Shown: positions 1-13,599 of the stretch, piece after piece
Layout: each line of letters begins with the position of its first letter
Numbering within the stretch: the first letter of the stretch is position 1
Assembly (NCBI RefSeq): GCF_030028105.1
Contig: NC_092397.1
Location: 23,756,630-23,820,629, forward strand
From: Mobula birostris
Taxonomy: Eukaryota
Length of the DNA stretch: 64,000 nt
Direction: 5' to 3'
Program-made: the position numbers and the translations under genes
The notes under the pieces: generated by a model
What the model was told of the DNA's origin: nothing
What the model saw: only the letters and a program-made list of their open reading frames with translations
The model's database searches: none

Positions 1-500
1 GTGTGGCCTAACCAGTGTTATATAGAGCTGCATCATTACATCGTGACTCTTAAACTCTATCCCTGGACTTATGAAAGTTAACACCCCATATGCTTTCTTA
101 ACTACCCTATCCACCTGTGAGGCAACTTTCAGGGAATCTGTGGACACGTACCCCCAGATCCCTCTGCTCCTCCATGCTACCAAGCATGCTGGCATTTACT
201 TTGTACTCTGCCTTGGAGTTTGTCCTTCCAAAGTGTACCACCTCAGACTTCTCAGGCTTGAACTCCATCTGCCACTTCTCAGCCCACTTCTGCATCCTAC
301 CAATGTCTCTCTGCAAACTTTGACAATCCTCTACACTATCTACTACACCACCAACATTTGTGTCATCTGCAAACTTGCCAACCCACCCTTCTATCCCCAC
401 ATCCAGGTCGTCAATAAAAATCAGGAAAAGTAGAGGTCCCAGAACAGATCCTTGTGGGACACCACTAGTCACAATCCTCCAATCTGAATGTACGCCCTCT
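1..500 (-). mobile_element. CR1-clade LINE fragment (RT C-terminal part)
   Basis: ORF 107..472(-): [22 protein letters not shown]...KFADDT...WAEKWQMEF, a CR1 RT signature. Confidence 0.9.
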
Positions 501-1800
501 ACTGAAATAGAGAAGGTTGAGTTACTGGCTTGGTCATTTGCTGCATGTCACAATCAAGATAATTTAAATGAAGAGCCTAAATGATGTCAAGATGAGGATT
601 TAAGTGAATACACTGATGTGTTGAAAGCCAGCTGTAACAATGATAGTGTTAGTTATGTAGAGTTTATTTGTGTGAATGTAAGAAAGCTATTAACAGTGCA
701 AGTCAGATGGCTGTAGGAAAGGATGATATATGTTAGTGTATGTTTAAGCATATAGCTTACAACTCTTGAGATAATATTAACAAATTGGAATCATATTTGG
801 AGTTTAGACCATATTTCCTCCTTATAGAAAATGATAGTACCTGTTCCGAAACCTGGAAATCCCCACAGGATCCTTCTAATTATAGACCAATATCATTAAC
901 ATCCCATCTCATTTCGGTAAACTTACAGAACATATGGTAATAGAGTTGTTGAATTATATTTTGGAAAAGAGAGGTGATGGAGCATTTTATCAGCGTGGAT
1001 TTTGGAACTGTACAATGACATTGGATTCAGTTTTATGTTTGGAAGATGATATTGGGAAAGCACTTGTAAATAAAGAAGTTGTAATTGCAGTATTTTTGTA
1101 TTGAAAAAACATATGATATGTTATGAAAGGATTAAATTATAGAAATGTGGAGTGAGAAGGAGGCTACATTATTTTTTTCTGAGTTTTTTATTTGTATGCT
1201 CCAGGCAGTTAAGGATACGTAAGGTATATTTGGGATTCTATATGGTGGAGAATGGGACACTATAAGACAGTATTTGTAGCCCTTTATTGTTTAATATTAT
1301 GATTAGTGATATTTTTTCTGAGATAGGTACTGGGGTGGGGAAATGACCTTTTGCAGATGATGCAGATTTATGGATCAGAGGTATAAAATCCAATCCAATT
1401 GTATATAGAATGTGATTAGTGATTAATAAGGTCAAACAGTGGGAATATAGACAGGGTTTAAAGCTTTCAGTAGCTAAAATACATTTTGTGTTTCACAAAG
1501 ATGATCAATAGACCTCTTTATTGATCCATATCTTCCTCAATAGCAATTGATTTGAAATTATATGGTCAAACTCTTGAATAAGTGTCAGTGGTAAGATTTT
1601 ATGGCATGTGGCTGGATTATAAGCCGACATGGAAGCACCATATCAGTAAAATAATTGATAAATGTAAAGGAGCACCGAATATTCTTGGGTGTCTGTGTAC
1701 GTATTCTTGGGGCACTATCGGCCCATCACTGTGACTCTGTAAATAATTGATAAATGTAAAGGAACACTGAATATCCCTGGGTGTCTGTGTGGGTATTCTT
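500..1800 (+). mobile_element. Decayed non-LTR retrotransposon fragment, I/Nimb-like RT
   Basis: Broken translation gives YRPISLTSH...LEDDI...VNKEVVIAVF...YDML and FADDADLW; many stops and frameshifts; clade assignment from motif recall. Confidence 0.6.
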
Positions 1801-1831
1801 GGGGAGCTATCGGCCCATCACTGTGACTCTG
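1649..1831. repeat. Tandem duplication of a ~92-bp unit spanning the LINE/H3-pseudogene junction
   Basis: aaataattgataaatgtaaagga...atcggcccatcactgtgactctg occurs at ~1649-1740 and 1741-1831. Confidence 0.85.
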
Positions 1832-2152
1832 ACGGGGAACCAATGCTACCAGAAATCTACCGAGCTGCTCATCCGCAAACTTCCCTTCCAGCATCTGGTG
1901 CAGAAGATCAGGCAGGACTTCAAAACCGATCTATGCTTCCAGAGCTCGACCATCAAAGGCCTGGAGGAGATTAACGAGGCTTACCTGGTCGGGCTCTTTG
2001 CACCATCCACACCAAGTGAGTCACCCTTGTGCCCAAAGATATTCAGTTGGCTCGCGGCATCGCCAGAAGCGAGCCTCAGCCTGGCCTCGGCAGCAAACAC
2101 AACAAAATGCTCTTTTAAGAGCCACTAACCTGGAAGAGGAAAGGGCTGTCGC
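1806..2152 (+). pseudogene. H3: Histone H3 pseudogene, 5'-truncated, with degenerate stem-loop and HDE
   Basis: [34 protein letters not shown]...EAYLVGLF, then deletion/frameshift; tGCTCTTTTAAGAGCC at 2108-2123; AAAGGGCTGTCGCT downstream as in the intact H3. Confidence 0.92.
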
Positions 2153-3224
2153 TTTCTCTTCATTACACTGTTGTGTTCACACACATTATCCCTCTGATCT
2201 CCCCCGTGGGAGTTTTGGGGTTGTTTGATGGGAAATCCCAATTGTCACACCAACTGATCTATTTGTTTTGGTCTCAGCTCATTTCATCAACACATCAATG
2301 TCACACTTTAGCCAAAGATGACCATCCACACCAGCAATAACCCCATCATCTCACAGTCAGTGTGAACTTACTGCTCACGATTCCTACATCCACTCCCAAA
2401 TCACTCAGTTATATCACAAACAGCAAAGGTCACAGAACAGATCCATGTGGAACAACACTTGTCACCAGCATCTGATCACAAAACTACTCTCTGCCATCAC
2501 TCTGTCTCCTATTGCAAAGCTAATTCTGGATCCAATTTGCCAAATGGCCTGACTGAGGCCCATATGAACCGTATCAATAAACTTCGTCGGTGACGGCAGA
2601 CCTGGGTGAGGACGGTCAGGACCCAAGTGCTGGAGTATCAGAGACTAAAATCCAGACACGATAGGAGATGGAAACAACGACGGGGTTCCAAACCAGTCTG
2701 TGTCTGGAGGGAAGAGCACTTTGAGTAACTCCTTTGCTCCAAATTGGAGAAAAATAGGTAAATAGAAGAGAAGTAAAAAATTACAATAGAAACTGCAGAT
2801 TCTGCAGTCTGAAGCAAAAGCAGAAAACAGGAAACTCCAGACCTGCCAGTTCACCACTTGTACTAGGAGAACATTTGGGGCTGTAGCAAAGCAGGAAATT
2901 ATTGCCAACTTACAAAACCATCAGCCAAAGTTAACAGACTCTGGTGAAAGAGATTCTATGTTTAACAAATACATTTGAGTGTTTGAAGCTGTAACACCAA
3001 CTGTGGACAACGAGTCCCAGGAATGCACTGAACCAAGATGTCCAGGACACGTTTGATAAGCCGCTCCATCACAGGGAGTTGGGGAAAATGAGAGCTGACC
3101 GTGATTTCTGAACTTGCTGATCAGAAACACTGATGGGAACTGAGTTGTGAAGAGCGGTGAGGAGTCTACAAAGGGGTAGATACAGGTGACGTGATTGGAC
3201 ACATTGTGGGGGAGGGAGAGTGTG

Positions 3225-3550
3225 AACTTGTACCTGACCCTCTGGCTAAAGAAATGTCTTCTTATCTCTTTTCTGAAGAGACATCCTTCTACTCTGAGTG
3301 TGTGCCATCTGGTGCTGGACGAACCCACTACAGGAAACATCCACTCCACGTTCACTCAAGTGGTTATAATGTCACTCTCTTCTCATTCTTATGAACTTCA
3401 GCAAGTACAGGCCCAGAGCCATCAAATGCACCTAATATGTTAACCTTTTCATTCCCGGGGTCATTCTCGTCAACCTGCTCTGGACCCTCTCTGATGCAAA
3501 CACATCATTCCTTGGATAAAGGGCCCAGCATTGCTCACAATACTCCTTGC
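3225..3550 (-). mobile_element. CR1 LINE 3' ORF2 fragment
   Basis: MFPVVGSSSTRWHTLRVEGCLFRKEIRRHFFSQRV, the CR1 ORF2 C-terminus. Confidence 0.75.
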
Positions 3551-3699
3551 GGACTGACAAATGTCAGCATGGACAAGCGGGCCCCTATTTTCACATTTCT
3601 GTGAGAAAAGTAACTAATTTTCATTCTTATATTTTGCTGATTTTAATGTAATCTTCTTCCTCAGTTGTAATTTCTATTTCCCTTCACGATGAAGACTTT

Positions 3700-4735
3700 G
3701 CATTCAAAGTCAACAACATCTCCTCCACAATCACCATCAGCACTGGTGCACCACAAGGTTGTGCTTGGCCCACAACTCTACTCACTTTATACCTGTGATT
3801 GTGTGGCTAAGTACAACCCCGATGACATATTTAAGTTTGCAGATGACACCACTGTTGTTGGGTGAATCAAAGGTGGTGACAAATTTGCCCTCAGGAGGGA
3901 GATGTGTGATCTGGTTGAATGGTGCCACAACGACAACCTCTCACTCAATATCAGCAGATCACTGACCACAGGGGCAGGAAACCGGACGTCCACGGATCAG
4001 TCATCAGCAGGGGACTGGAGGTGGAGACAGTCAGTAACATTAAATTTCTGAGCATTATCATTTCAGAGGGTCTGTCCTGGGACTAGCAGTAAGTGTCACT
4101 ATAAAGCAGGCAGGGCAGTGACTCTGCCTGCGTGTAATCAGCGTGACATCTGAAACTTTGACAGATATAGATGCAGAGTGGAGAGTAACCTGACTGGTTT
4201 CATCATGGCCTGATATGGAAACACAATGATCAGGAATGGAAAGGAAAATGTCTACAAGAAATTTGTGGAGATGTCAGGTGTAATTTTTTTTACCAGAGCG
4301 TGGTGAGTGCGTGGAATAGGCTACCGGCAAAGGTAGTGGAGGCAGATACAATAGAGTATTTTCACAGACTCCTGGATAGGTACTTGGAGCTTAGAAAAAC
4401 AAAGGGCTCTGGGTAATGCCAGGTAATTTCTAAAATAGGTAGAGGTTTGGCACGGCATCGTGGGCCGAAGGGCCTGTATTGTGCTGTAGGTTTTCCATGT
4501 TTCTAACTGGTGGATGCATCCCAGTACATCACAGGCGAAGCCCTCCCCATCATTCAGTACATTTACAAGCAGCACTTCTACAAGAAAGCTGCATCCATCA
4601 TCAACAACATCCTTCAGCCACCTCATGCTCTCTTCCACTGCTGTCATCGGGAAGGACGTACAGGAGCCTTAGGTCCCACACCACCAGGTTCAGGAAGAGT
4701 TGTTACCCTACAGCAGTCATGCTCTTGAAATGGTG
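3700..4735 (+). mobile_element. Rex1/Babar-like LINE fragment with nested CR1 3' end (~4270-4505)
   Basis: [23 protein letters not shown] and LLSSGRTYRSLRSHTTRFRKS remnants; nested piece ends in a ttccatgtttcta CR1-type tail. Confidence 0.7.
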
Positions 4736-4807
4736 TAGGTATCTTCACTGAACTAATTGCATATCCTGCACACTCACTTTCAAGTACTCCACAACTGAAT
4801 TGCACAG

Positions 4808-4904
4808 TAATACACATCAAAGTTGCTGGTGAATGCAGCAGGCCAGGCAGCATCTCTAGGAAGAGGAGCAGTCGATGTTTCAGGCCCAGACCCTTCGTCA
4901 GGAC
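4808..4904 (-). mobile_element. Penelope-derived short element with minimal hammerhead motif (4871-4904)
   Basis: Reverse complement reads gtc CTGACGA agggtctgggcct GAAA catc gac. Confidence 0.7.
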
Positions 4905-5059
4905 ACAGTAATATTTATGTTTTAGTATTTGCATTATTTGTCTTCTTTTGCACATTGGCTGTCTGTTCAGTCTTTGCTGTTTATAGTTTTCCTAAATTCC
5001 ACTGTCTTCATTTCCCTGTAAATGCCTGAAAGAAAATTAATCTGAAAGTAGTAACCTGT

Positions 5060-7300
5060 TGCACCAGATGTCCCAACACAGGGGACCACTGCTACACTAC
5101 GATAAGGAATGTCTATCATTTGCTCCTAAGACCACATTTCGTTAAGTTGGATCATTTGACTGTACTCCTCCTACCTGCACACAGACAGAGCCTAAGGAAC
5201 AAGGCTTCAGAGATCAAGATAACCGAGGGGTGGTGTTGGGAGGCAGAGGAACGGTTACAGGATTGCCTTGGGTCAGCAGGCTGAGCCATGTTCATGAACT
5301 CATCTCAGGACCTGAAGGACGACACCGGGGTCACTACAGACTTTACTAAAACAGCTGTGGAGTCGTGTGTCCCCACAAAATCATTCAGGCTTTTCCCAAA
5401 TCAGTAGGCCTGGATGAGCAATGAGATCAGGAACCTGCTGAGTGCCAGGTCAGAGGCATTCAAGTCTGGAGATCAGGAATGCTACAAGAGGTGCAGGTAT
5501 GATCTCCAGAAACCATCTCTTTGGCAAAGTGGAGATTCCAGGCTAGACTGGAATAAAAGAGAGATGCTTGATAGCTGTGTCAGGGTTTGAATGCCAGAAC
5601 CTCCTGCAAAGGTAAATCTTGTGATAAAAGGGGACAGCACAGCTTCGCTTCCAGACGAGCTCAATGCCTCCTATGCTCACTTTGTCCACCAGAAGAGGGA
5701 GCACCCCCGTGTCTCCCGATGGTCATTTGGTCTCAGTATCTGAAGATGACGTGCAGGCTGCCTTCAAGGGAGTGAATCCAAGGAAAGCATCCAGTCTGGA
5801 CGGAGTACCTGGCCGAGTACTGAAGACCTGTGCTGACCAGCTGGCTCATGTATTCATGGATATCTTCAACCTCTTGATCTGGCAGTGTGTGGTACCCACC
5901 TACTTCAAGGAAGCTTCAATTATTACGGTGGCCAACAGGAGCGTGGTAACCTGTTTAAATGACTATTACCCAATGGCACTTACATCCACAGTGATGAAGT
6001 GTTTTGACAGGCTGGTGTTGAAGCATATCAGCTCTTGTCTGAATGGTGACTTGGATCCTCTCCAATTCACCTGCCGAAGCAACAGCAGATGCTGTCTTGT
6101 TGTCTCTTCACACAACTCTGGAACATCTGGAGAGCAAAGATGCAAACATCTGGATGCCCTTTATTGATTACAGTTCAGCATTTAACACCATCATCCCCTC
6201 AAAGCTGATCAGTAAGCTCTCAGACCTGGGCCTCAATACCCCCTTGTGCAATTGGATCCTGGATTTTCTCAGGTGCAGATCCAAGTCAGTTCAGATTGGC
6301 AAAAACATCTACTCCACAATCTCTATCAGCACAGGAGCACCACAAGGAAGTGTGCTTGGCCCCCAGCTCTACTCACTTTACACCTATGACTGTGTAGCTG
6401 AGTACAGCTCCAACACCATATACAAGTTTGCTGATCACACCACAATCAAAGGTGGTGATGAATCAGCAAACAGGAGAGAGATTGAAAACCTTGCTGAGTG
6501 GTGTAATAACAACAACCCCTCACTCAATGTCAGTAAGACTAAGGGACGGATTGTACACTTTAGGAGGGAAAAACCAAAGGTCCATGAGCTAGTAATCAAA
6601 GGATGATCAGAGGTGGAGAGAGTCAGTAACTTTAAATTCCTGTGTGTCACTCACTCAGAGGACCTGTCCTGGACCCATCGCATAAATATAATTGTGAAGA
6701 AAGCACAACAGCACTCTACTTCCTCAGGATTCTGCGGAGGTTCAGCATGTCATTGAAAACCTTGGCAAACATATAAATGTGTGGTGGAAGGTGTGCTGAC
6801 TGGCTGCATTACGGCCTGGTATAGGAACACCAATGCCTTTGAGTGGAAAATCCCACAAAGTGTAGTGGATTCGGCCCAGTATATCACAGGTAAAACCCTC
6901 ACAACCACTGAGCACATCTACATGAAACATTACCGTAGGAAAGCAGCGTCCATCAGCAAAGATCCTCACCACCTAGGCAATGATCTTTTCTCACTGTTAC
7001 CATCAGGTAGAAGGTACAGGTACCTCAGGACTCGCCCCACCAGGTTCAAGAACAGTTACTACCCCTCAACCATCAGTGTCTTGAACAAAACACTCATGTC
7101 ACCACTGTTATATCGTTATTTCATGCTTGTTATTTATTGCTATTTATTTCTCTGCATTTACACAATTTGTTTACAGTTTATAGTTCCTCATATTTACAGT
7201 TCACAGTTACTGTTCTGTAGATTTGTTAAGATTGCCCGCAGAACAAGATTCTCGGGGTTGTCTGTGAGAATACATTTGAATTTGAACTTTGAACAATATG
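5060..7300 (+). mobile_element. Rex1/Babar-like LINE, RT region plus 3' end, frameshifted
   Basis: ORFs 5664..6167, 6043..6606, 6781..7320: [54 protein letters not shown]. Confidence 0.85.
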
Positions 7301-7599
7301 GTGACATATGCGCAGTGTGATAACAACTTACTTTGGATAAAATTTTGGCTTTGACAATATTTTTCCGTGATGCTCTTTTATCATGATCCAGTTCCAACAT
7401 ATTTCATCCAAAATTATAAAAAGATTATCCACACAAAAATATAGAAAATACAAACATGACATATTTATAAGATCGAAGAGCTAAATTACAATATGAATAT
7501 TACTGTGTATAACACACTCAATTGCAGGGAATGGGGGAGTGGGTCACGTCCCTGGAAATCTCCCACTGCCCCCATTCTGTTTACAATGGTCGCAAGTTT

Positions 7600-7836
7600 T
7601 TCAGCCGCTCTGCTGATTGACAGCTCCCTCTGCCCCGCCTCCCCGGCTGCCGGGTCACTGTCACGTGACACGTTGTGATTGTTACCCCGTGACGCGCTGA
7701 CGTCACAAAGCCCCACCTTTAGCGACGTCGTTTCCCGGGGAACGGGCCGTGGTGGGCGGTAAGTCCGGGGTGGTGGAGTCGGTCTCCACTTGTTGGGGTT
7801 TCGGTCTCTCCTCTTCCTGCCCGCGGAACAGTGAGT
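7600..7836 (+). promoter_or_regulatory. CpG-island TATA-less promoter with candidate non-coding first exon ending at a splice donor
   Basis: GC boxes (ccccgcctcc, gggcgg); GTCACGTGAC palindrome 7660-7669; perfect CRE TGACGTCA 7698-7705; donor ACA|GTGAGT at 7831; locally CpG-dense. Confidence 0.7.
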
Positions 7837-8969
7837 GTCTGTCAGCGCCTCACTGCACCGGCTCTCTGCCTCAGGTACAATATTTAAAACATATTTGCAC
7901 AGTCACATGGATGGGAAAGGTTGAGAGGGATTCGGGCCTAATGCAGGCAGATGGGCCGAGTTCAGGTCGACAACTTGGTCGGCGGGGATGAGTTGTACCG
8001 AAGGGACTGTTTCATTTCTGTATAGACCAGTGACTCTATTTTGGGAGGTTAAATCATGGCAGGATGTACACAGGTTCCTGAGAAGTTTCTGCCCCCCTCC
8101 CCCACACCTCCCTGGTACTGATTTAGATACCAGTTATTCTCTGTGTGAAATATTTACCCCTCAGATCCCCTTTGAATCCGTCTTTAAACAGTTTTGTCCT
8201 ATTCTAATGAGAGGCAGTTCTTTGACTGTCAAGGCAAGTAGAACACACAACCCTGTCTACCTGTGATGCCACGTACAGGGAACTGTGTAACAATATTAGA
8301 GGCACATGCACAGGGGCTTCAGTGAGCAAGGCCCAGAGGGATATGAAACTAATGCAGGAAAGTGGGATTAGTACAGCTGTGCATGATGGGGAGCATAAAT
8401 GTGATGGGCCAGAGGGTCTGTTTCTATCCAGTACAACCCTGACCACAGCAGTCCTCCAATGCAGTGGGGTTTGTCACCTTCATTCTCAACTGTGAGCTTG
8501 TTCCACTGAACCCCTTATCCTCTGAGAAGACATTTGCACCCTCCCACCGTGACCAAGCTATCAGCCATCTCTCCTAATATCACCCAGAGTACTTCACCAA
8601 ATTCCCATATAAAACTATTGTTACTGGTGCATAGGGAATGACAGCATTTTGGTAGCCTTTTGAGGGGGTTGGTTCAGTATTTGACCATTAATTCCTTTGT
8701 ACAACAACAATCCCATCATACTGGGTACTGAATGTTTTAGGTATGACCATCCTGAAGTTCTGTGCTTCAGGTTCCCATTGCACTTTCACTGTCAGTGATT
8801 TCTGCATGTCCATACTGACCATCGAGAATCTGTCTCCACTAACTCAGAACTTGGTCTGTCTTCTACCCTGCCTTGGTGATTCAAATGCTCATCCAGATGC
8901 TCCTTAAATACCAGCCTGCATCACCCCTTCAGACTGTGTTCCAGATTGTAACCTCCCTCTGGGGAGAAA

Positions 8970-11900
8970 GGAAACATAGAAAACCTACAGCACAATGCAG
9001 GCCCTTCGGCCCACAAAGTTGTGCCAAACATGTAGCTACCTTTGAAATTACTAGGGTTACCCATAGCCCTCTGTCTTTCTAAGCTCCGTGTATCTATCCA
9101 AACGTCTCTTAAAAGACCCTATCGTATCAGCCTCCACCACCATTGCTGGCAGCCTATTCCATACACTCACCACTCTCTGCATTTAAAATAAAGAGAAAAA
9201 AACAACTTAACCTGACATCTCCTCTGTACCTACTCCCAAGCACCTTAAACCTGTGCCCTCTTGTGGCAGCCATTTCAGCCCTGGGAAAAATCCTCTGACT
9301 ATCCACAGAGTCAATGCTCTCATCATCTTATACACCTCTATCAGGTCACCTCTCATCCTCTGTCGCTCCAAGGAGAAAAGGCTGAGCTCATTCTACCTAT
9401 TCTCATAAGGCATGCTCCCCAATCCAGGTAACATCCTTGTAATTCTCCTCTGCACCTTTCTGTGGTTTCCACATCCTTCCTGTAGTGAGGTGACCAGAAC
9501 TGAGCACAGTTCTCCAAGTGGGTCTGACCAAGGTCCTATCGAGCTGCAACATTACCTCTCGGCTCCTAAGTTCAATTCCAGGATTGATGAAGGCCAATGA
9601 AGCGTATGCCTTCCTTACCACATAGTCAACCTGCGCAGCTGCTTTGAACGTCCTATGGACTCTGACCCCAAGATCCCTCAGGTCCTCTACACTGCCTTGG
9701 TCTTACCATTAATACTATATGCTGTCATCATATTTGACCTACCAAAATGAACCACTTCACACTTATCTGGGTTGAACTCCATCTGCCACTTCTCAGCCCA
9801 GTTTTGCATCCTATCAATGTTCCGCTGTAACCTCTGACAGCCCTCCACACTATTCACAACACCCCCAACCTTTGTGTCATCAGCAAACTTACTAACCCAT
9901 CCCTCCACTTCCTCATCCAGGTCATTTATAAAAATCACAAAAATTAAGGGTCCCAGAACAGATCCCTGAGGCACACCACTGGTCACCGACCTCCATGCAG
10001 AATATGACCCGTTTACAATCACTCTTTGCCTTCTGTGGGCAAGCCAGTTCTGGATCCGCAAAACATTGTCCCCTTTGATCCCATGCCTCCTTACTTTCTC
10101 AGTAAGCCTTGCATGGGGTACCTTATCAAATGCCTTGCTGAAATCCATATGCACTACATCTACTGCTCTCCCTTCATCAATGTGTTCAGTCACATGCTCA
10201 AAAAATTCAATCAGGCTCGTAAGGCACAACCTGCCCTTGACAAAGCCATGCTGACTATTCCTAATCATGTTATACCTCTCCAAATGTTCATAAATCCTGC
10301 TTCTCACGATCTTCTTCATCAGCTTACCAACCACTGAAGTAAGACTCACTGGTCAATAATTTCCTGGGCTATCTCTACTCCCTTTCTTGAATGAGGGAAC
10401 AACATCCTCAGTCCTCCGGAACCTCTCCTGTCCCCATTGATGATGCAAAGATCATCGCCAGAGGCTCAGCAATCTCCTCCCTCGCCTCCCGCAGTATCCT
10501 GGGGTACATATCATCTGGTCCCGGCCTCTTATCCAACCTGATGCTTTCCAAAAGCTCCAGCATATCCACTTTCTTAATATCTACATGCTCAAGCTTTTCA
10601 ATCCGCTGCAAGTCATCCCTACAATCATCGAGATCCTTTTCTGTAGTGAATATTGAAGTAATGTATTCATTAAGTACCTCTGCTATTTCCTCCGGTTCCA
10701 TACACACTTTCCCACTGTCACACTTGATAGGTCCTATTCTTTCACGTCTTATCCTCTTGCTCTTCACATACTTGCAGAGTGCCTTGGGGTTTTCCTTAAT
10801 CCTGCCTACCAAGGCCTTGTCATGGCCCCTTCTGGCTCTGCTAATTTCCTTCTTAAGCTCCTTCCTGTTAGCCTGACAATCTTCTAGATCTCTAACAGTA
10901 CCTAGCTCTCTTAACCTTATGTAAGCTTTTCTTTTCTTCATGACTAGATTTACTACAACCTTTGTACACCACGGTTCCTGTACCCTACCATAACTTCCCT
11001 GTCTCATTGGAACGTACCTATGCAGAACTTCACACGAATATCCCCTGAATGTTTGCCACATTTCTTCCGTACCTTTCCCTGAGAACATCTGTTCCCAATT
11101 TAAGCTTCCAAGTTTCTGCCTGATAGCCTCATAATTCCCCTTACTCCAATTAAACACTTTTCTAACTTGTCTGTTCCTATCTCTCCCAATGCTATTGTAA
11201 AGGAAATAGAATTATGATCACTATCTCTAAAATGCTGTCCTGCTGAGAGAACTGACACCTGACCAGGTTCATTTCCCAATACCAAATCAAGTACAGTCTC
11301 TCCTCTTGTAGGCTTATCTACACATTGTGTCAAGAAACCTTCCTGAACACACCTAACAAACTCCACCCTATCTAAACCCCTTGCTCGGGGAAGATGCCAA
11401 TCAATATTTGGGAAATTAAAATCTCCTACCGCGACAACTCTGTTGTTATTACTCGTTTCCAGGATCTCTTTCCCTATCTGCTCCTCGATATCCCTGTTAC
11501 TATTGGGTGGCCTATGAAAACCACCCAGTAGAGTAATTGACCCCTTCCTGTTCCTAACCTCCACCCACAGAGACTCTGTAGACAATCCTCCCATGACGTC
11601 CTCCTTTTCTGCAGGCATGACACTATCTCTGATCAACAGTACCACGCCCCCACCTCTTTTGCCTTCCTCTCTGTCCTTCCTGAAACATCTAAAACCTGGC
11701 ACTTGAAGTAACCATTCCTGTCCCTGAGCCATCCAAGTCTTTGTAATGGCCACCACATCATAGCTCCAAGTAGTGATACATGCTCTAAGCTCATCCGCTT
11801 TGTTCACAATACTCCCTGCGTTAAAATAGACACATCTCAAACCGTTGGTCTGAGCACGTACCTTCTCTATCACTTGCCTGTCCTCCCTCACACACCATCT

Positions 11901-13125
11901 CCAAGCTTTCTCTATTTGTAAGCCAACCGCCTCTTCCCCAGTCTCTTCAGTTCGGTTCCCACCCCCCAATAGTTCTAGTTTAAACTCTCCCCAGTAGCAA
12001 ACCTCCCTGCCAAGATATTGGTCCCTGTGGGATTCAAGTGCAACTCATCCTTTTTGTACAGGTCACAACTGCCCCAAAAGAGGTCCCAATGATCCAGAAA
12101 TCCCAATCCCTGCCCCCTGCTTCAATCCCTGAGCCACTCATTTATCCTCCAGCTCATTCTATTCCTATACTCACTGTCCCGTGGCACAGGCAGTAATCCC
12201 GAGATTACTACCTTTGCTCTCCTGCTTCTTAACTTCCTTCCTTACTCCCTGTAGACTGTGTTCAGGACCTCCACCCTTTTCCTACCTATGTCAGTTGTAC
12301 CATTATGTACCATGACGTCTGGCTGTTCTCTATTCCACTGCAGGATATTTTGGACGCGATCTGAAACTTCCCGGACCCTGGCATCTGGGAGGCAAATTAC
12401 CATCCGTGTTTCTTTCCTGCATTCACAGAGTGCCTAACTAAAGAGTCCCCTATCACTACGGCCTTTCTCTTCCTTTCCCTACCCTTCTGAGCCACAGGGC
12501 CGGGCTCTGTGCCGGTGGCTCGGCTGCTGTTGCTTCCCCCAGGTAGACTGTCCCACCCTGCCCCCCCCCAACAGTTCTCAAACAGGAGTACTTATTGTTC
12601 AGGGGGACAGCCACAGGGCTACTCTCTGGTACCTGACTCTTCCCCTTCCCTCTCCTGACTCTTAACCACTTGTCTGTCTCCTATGGTCCCGGTGTGATCA
12701 CCCTTCTATCACCTCGTCGCTGTCCCTGACCAGACAAAGGTTAACGAGCTGCAACTCCCGTTCCCTAACGCGGTCCCTTAGGAGCCGCAGCTCAACACAC
12801 CGGGTGTGGATATTCCCGTCCACGAAGCTGGGAGACTCCAGAACTTTCCACATCTGACACCGAGCACAGAACACCGGTGTCACACACATACTTCCTTTCC
12901 GCAATTAACGCAGGTAAACCTACCTCGCCTCATTATCACCTAAGCCAGTTGAGCCAAAGCCCTCTCACTCTGCTGCCCGCTGGATATGGCGCTCTTCTTT
13001 TTAACCTTTTCCCGCTCTACTGGCTGATGTCACGCGCCTGTGCAGTCTTGCCTCTCTTTACTCCGAGTAGTAAAATACCTTCGGTCTGGAAATACTGAGC
13101 CGTTCCACTCGCAGCCGCCTTGCTT
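8970..13125 (-). mobile_element. Near full-length CR1 LINE (ORF1 remnant, APE endonuclease, RT, tail), frameshifted
   Basis: ORF1-like CARCQMW...ELRLLRDRVRERELQL (12698..12904); APE motifs in 11100..11969 (VGDFNFPNIDW, LDLVLGNE, DSDHN); RT 9687..10349 (QHGF, DFSKAFDKVPH, FADDTK); ttctatgtt tail at ~8973. Confidence 0.92.
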
Positions 13126-13599
13126 TTCCTCATCCTCTTTAAACCACACATTTCTCTCGTTAAACTTTTGTTGCACACACCTCATAATTGTCTGCATTAA
13201 ATTCCATCTGCCATTGTAACAGCTGGACAACGTCCCATGTCAATATTTGCTAGCCTTTCTTGCTGTCCACTGCACCCCTAATCTTGGTGTTATCTGCAAA
13301 CTTGCTGATCCAGTTTACCACATTCTCATCCAGATTGTTAATACAGATGGAAAACAGCAATGGACCCAGCACTGGGAAGTTTAACCAGGACAGGATGTAC
13401 ACAGTGAATGACAGGTTCCTGAGAAGTGTTCATGAACAGAGACTTTGTGTGTTTCTGCCTCCACCACCTCCTCTGGCAGGTCATTCAGGAGACCATCACT
13501 GATCCTTATCCCTCTCAAACCCCCCTCCCATAATCAAGAACATCCACATTAGATATACCCAGTGAATTGGCCACAGCCGTCTGTGGGGATGAATTCAGA

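Noticed and set aside
2560-3190. Possible solo LTR
   Set aside because: Composition is suggestive, but I could not define TG...CA ends or a TSD
9687-11969. Active reverse transcriptase gene or retron-like system
   Set aside because: Ordinary CR1 ORF2 broken into several frames
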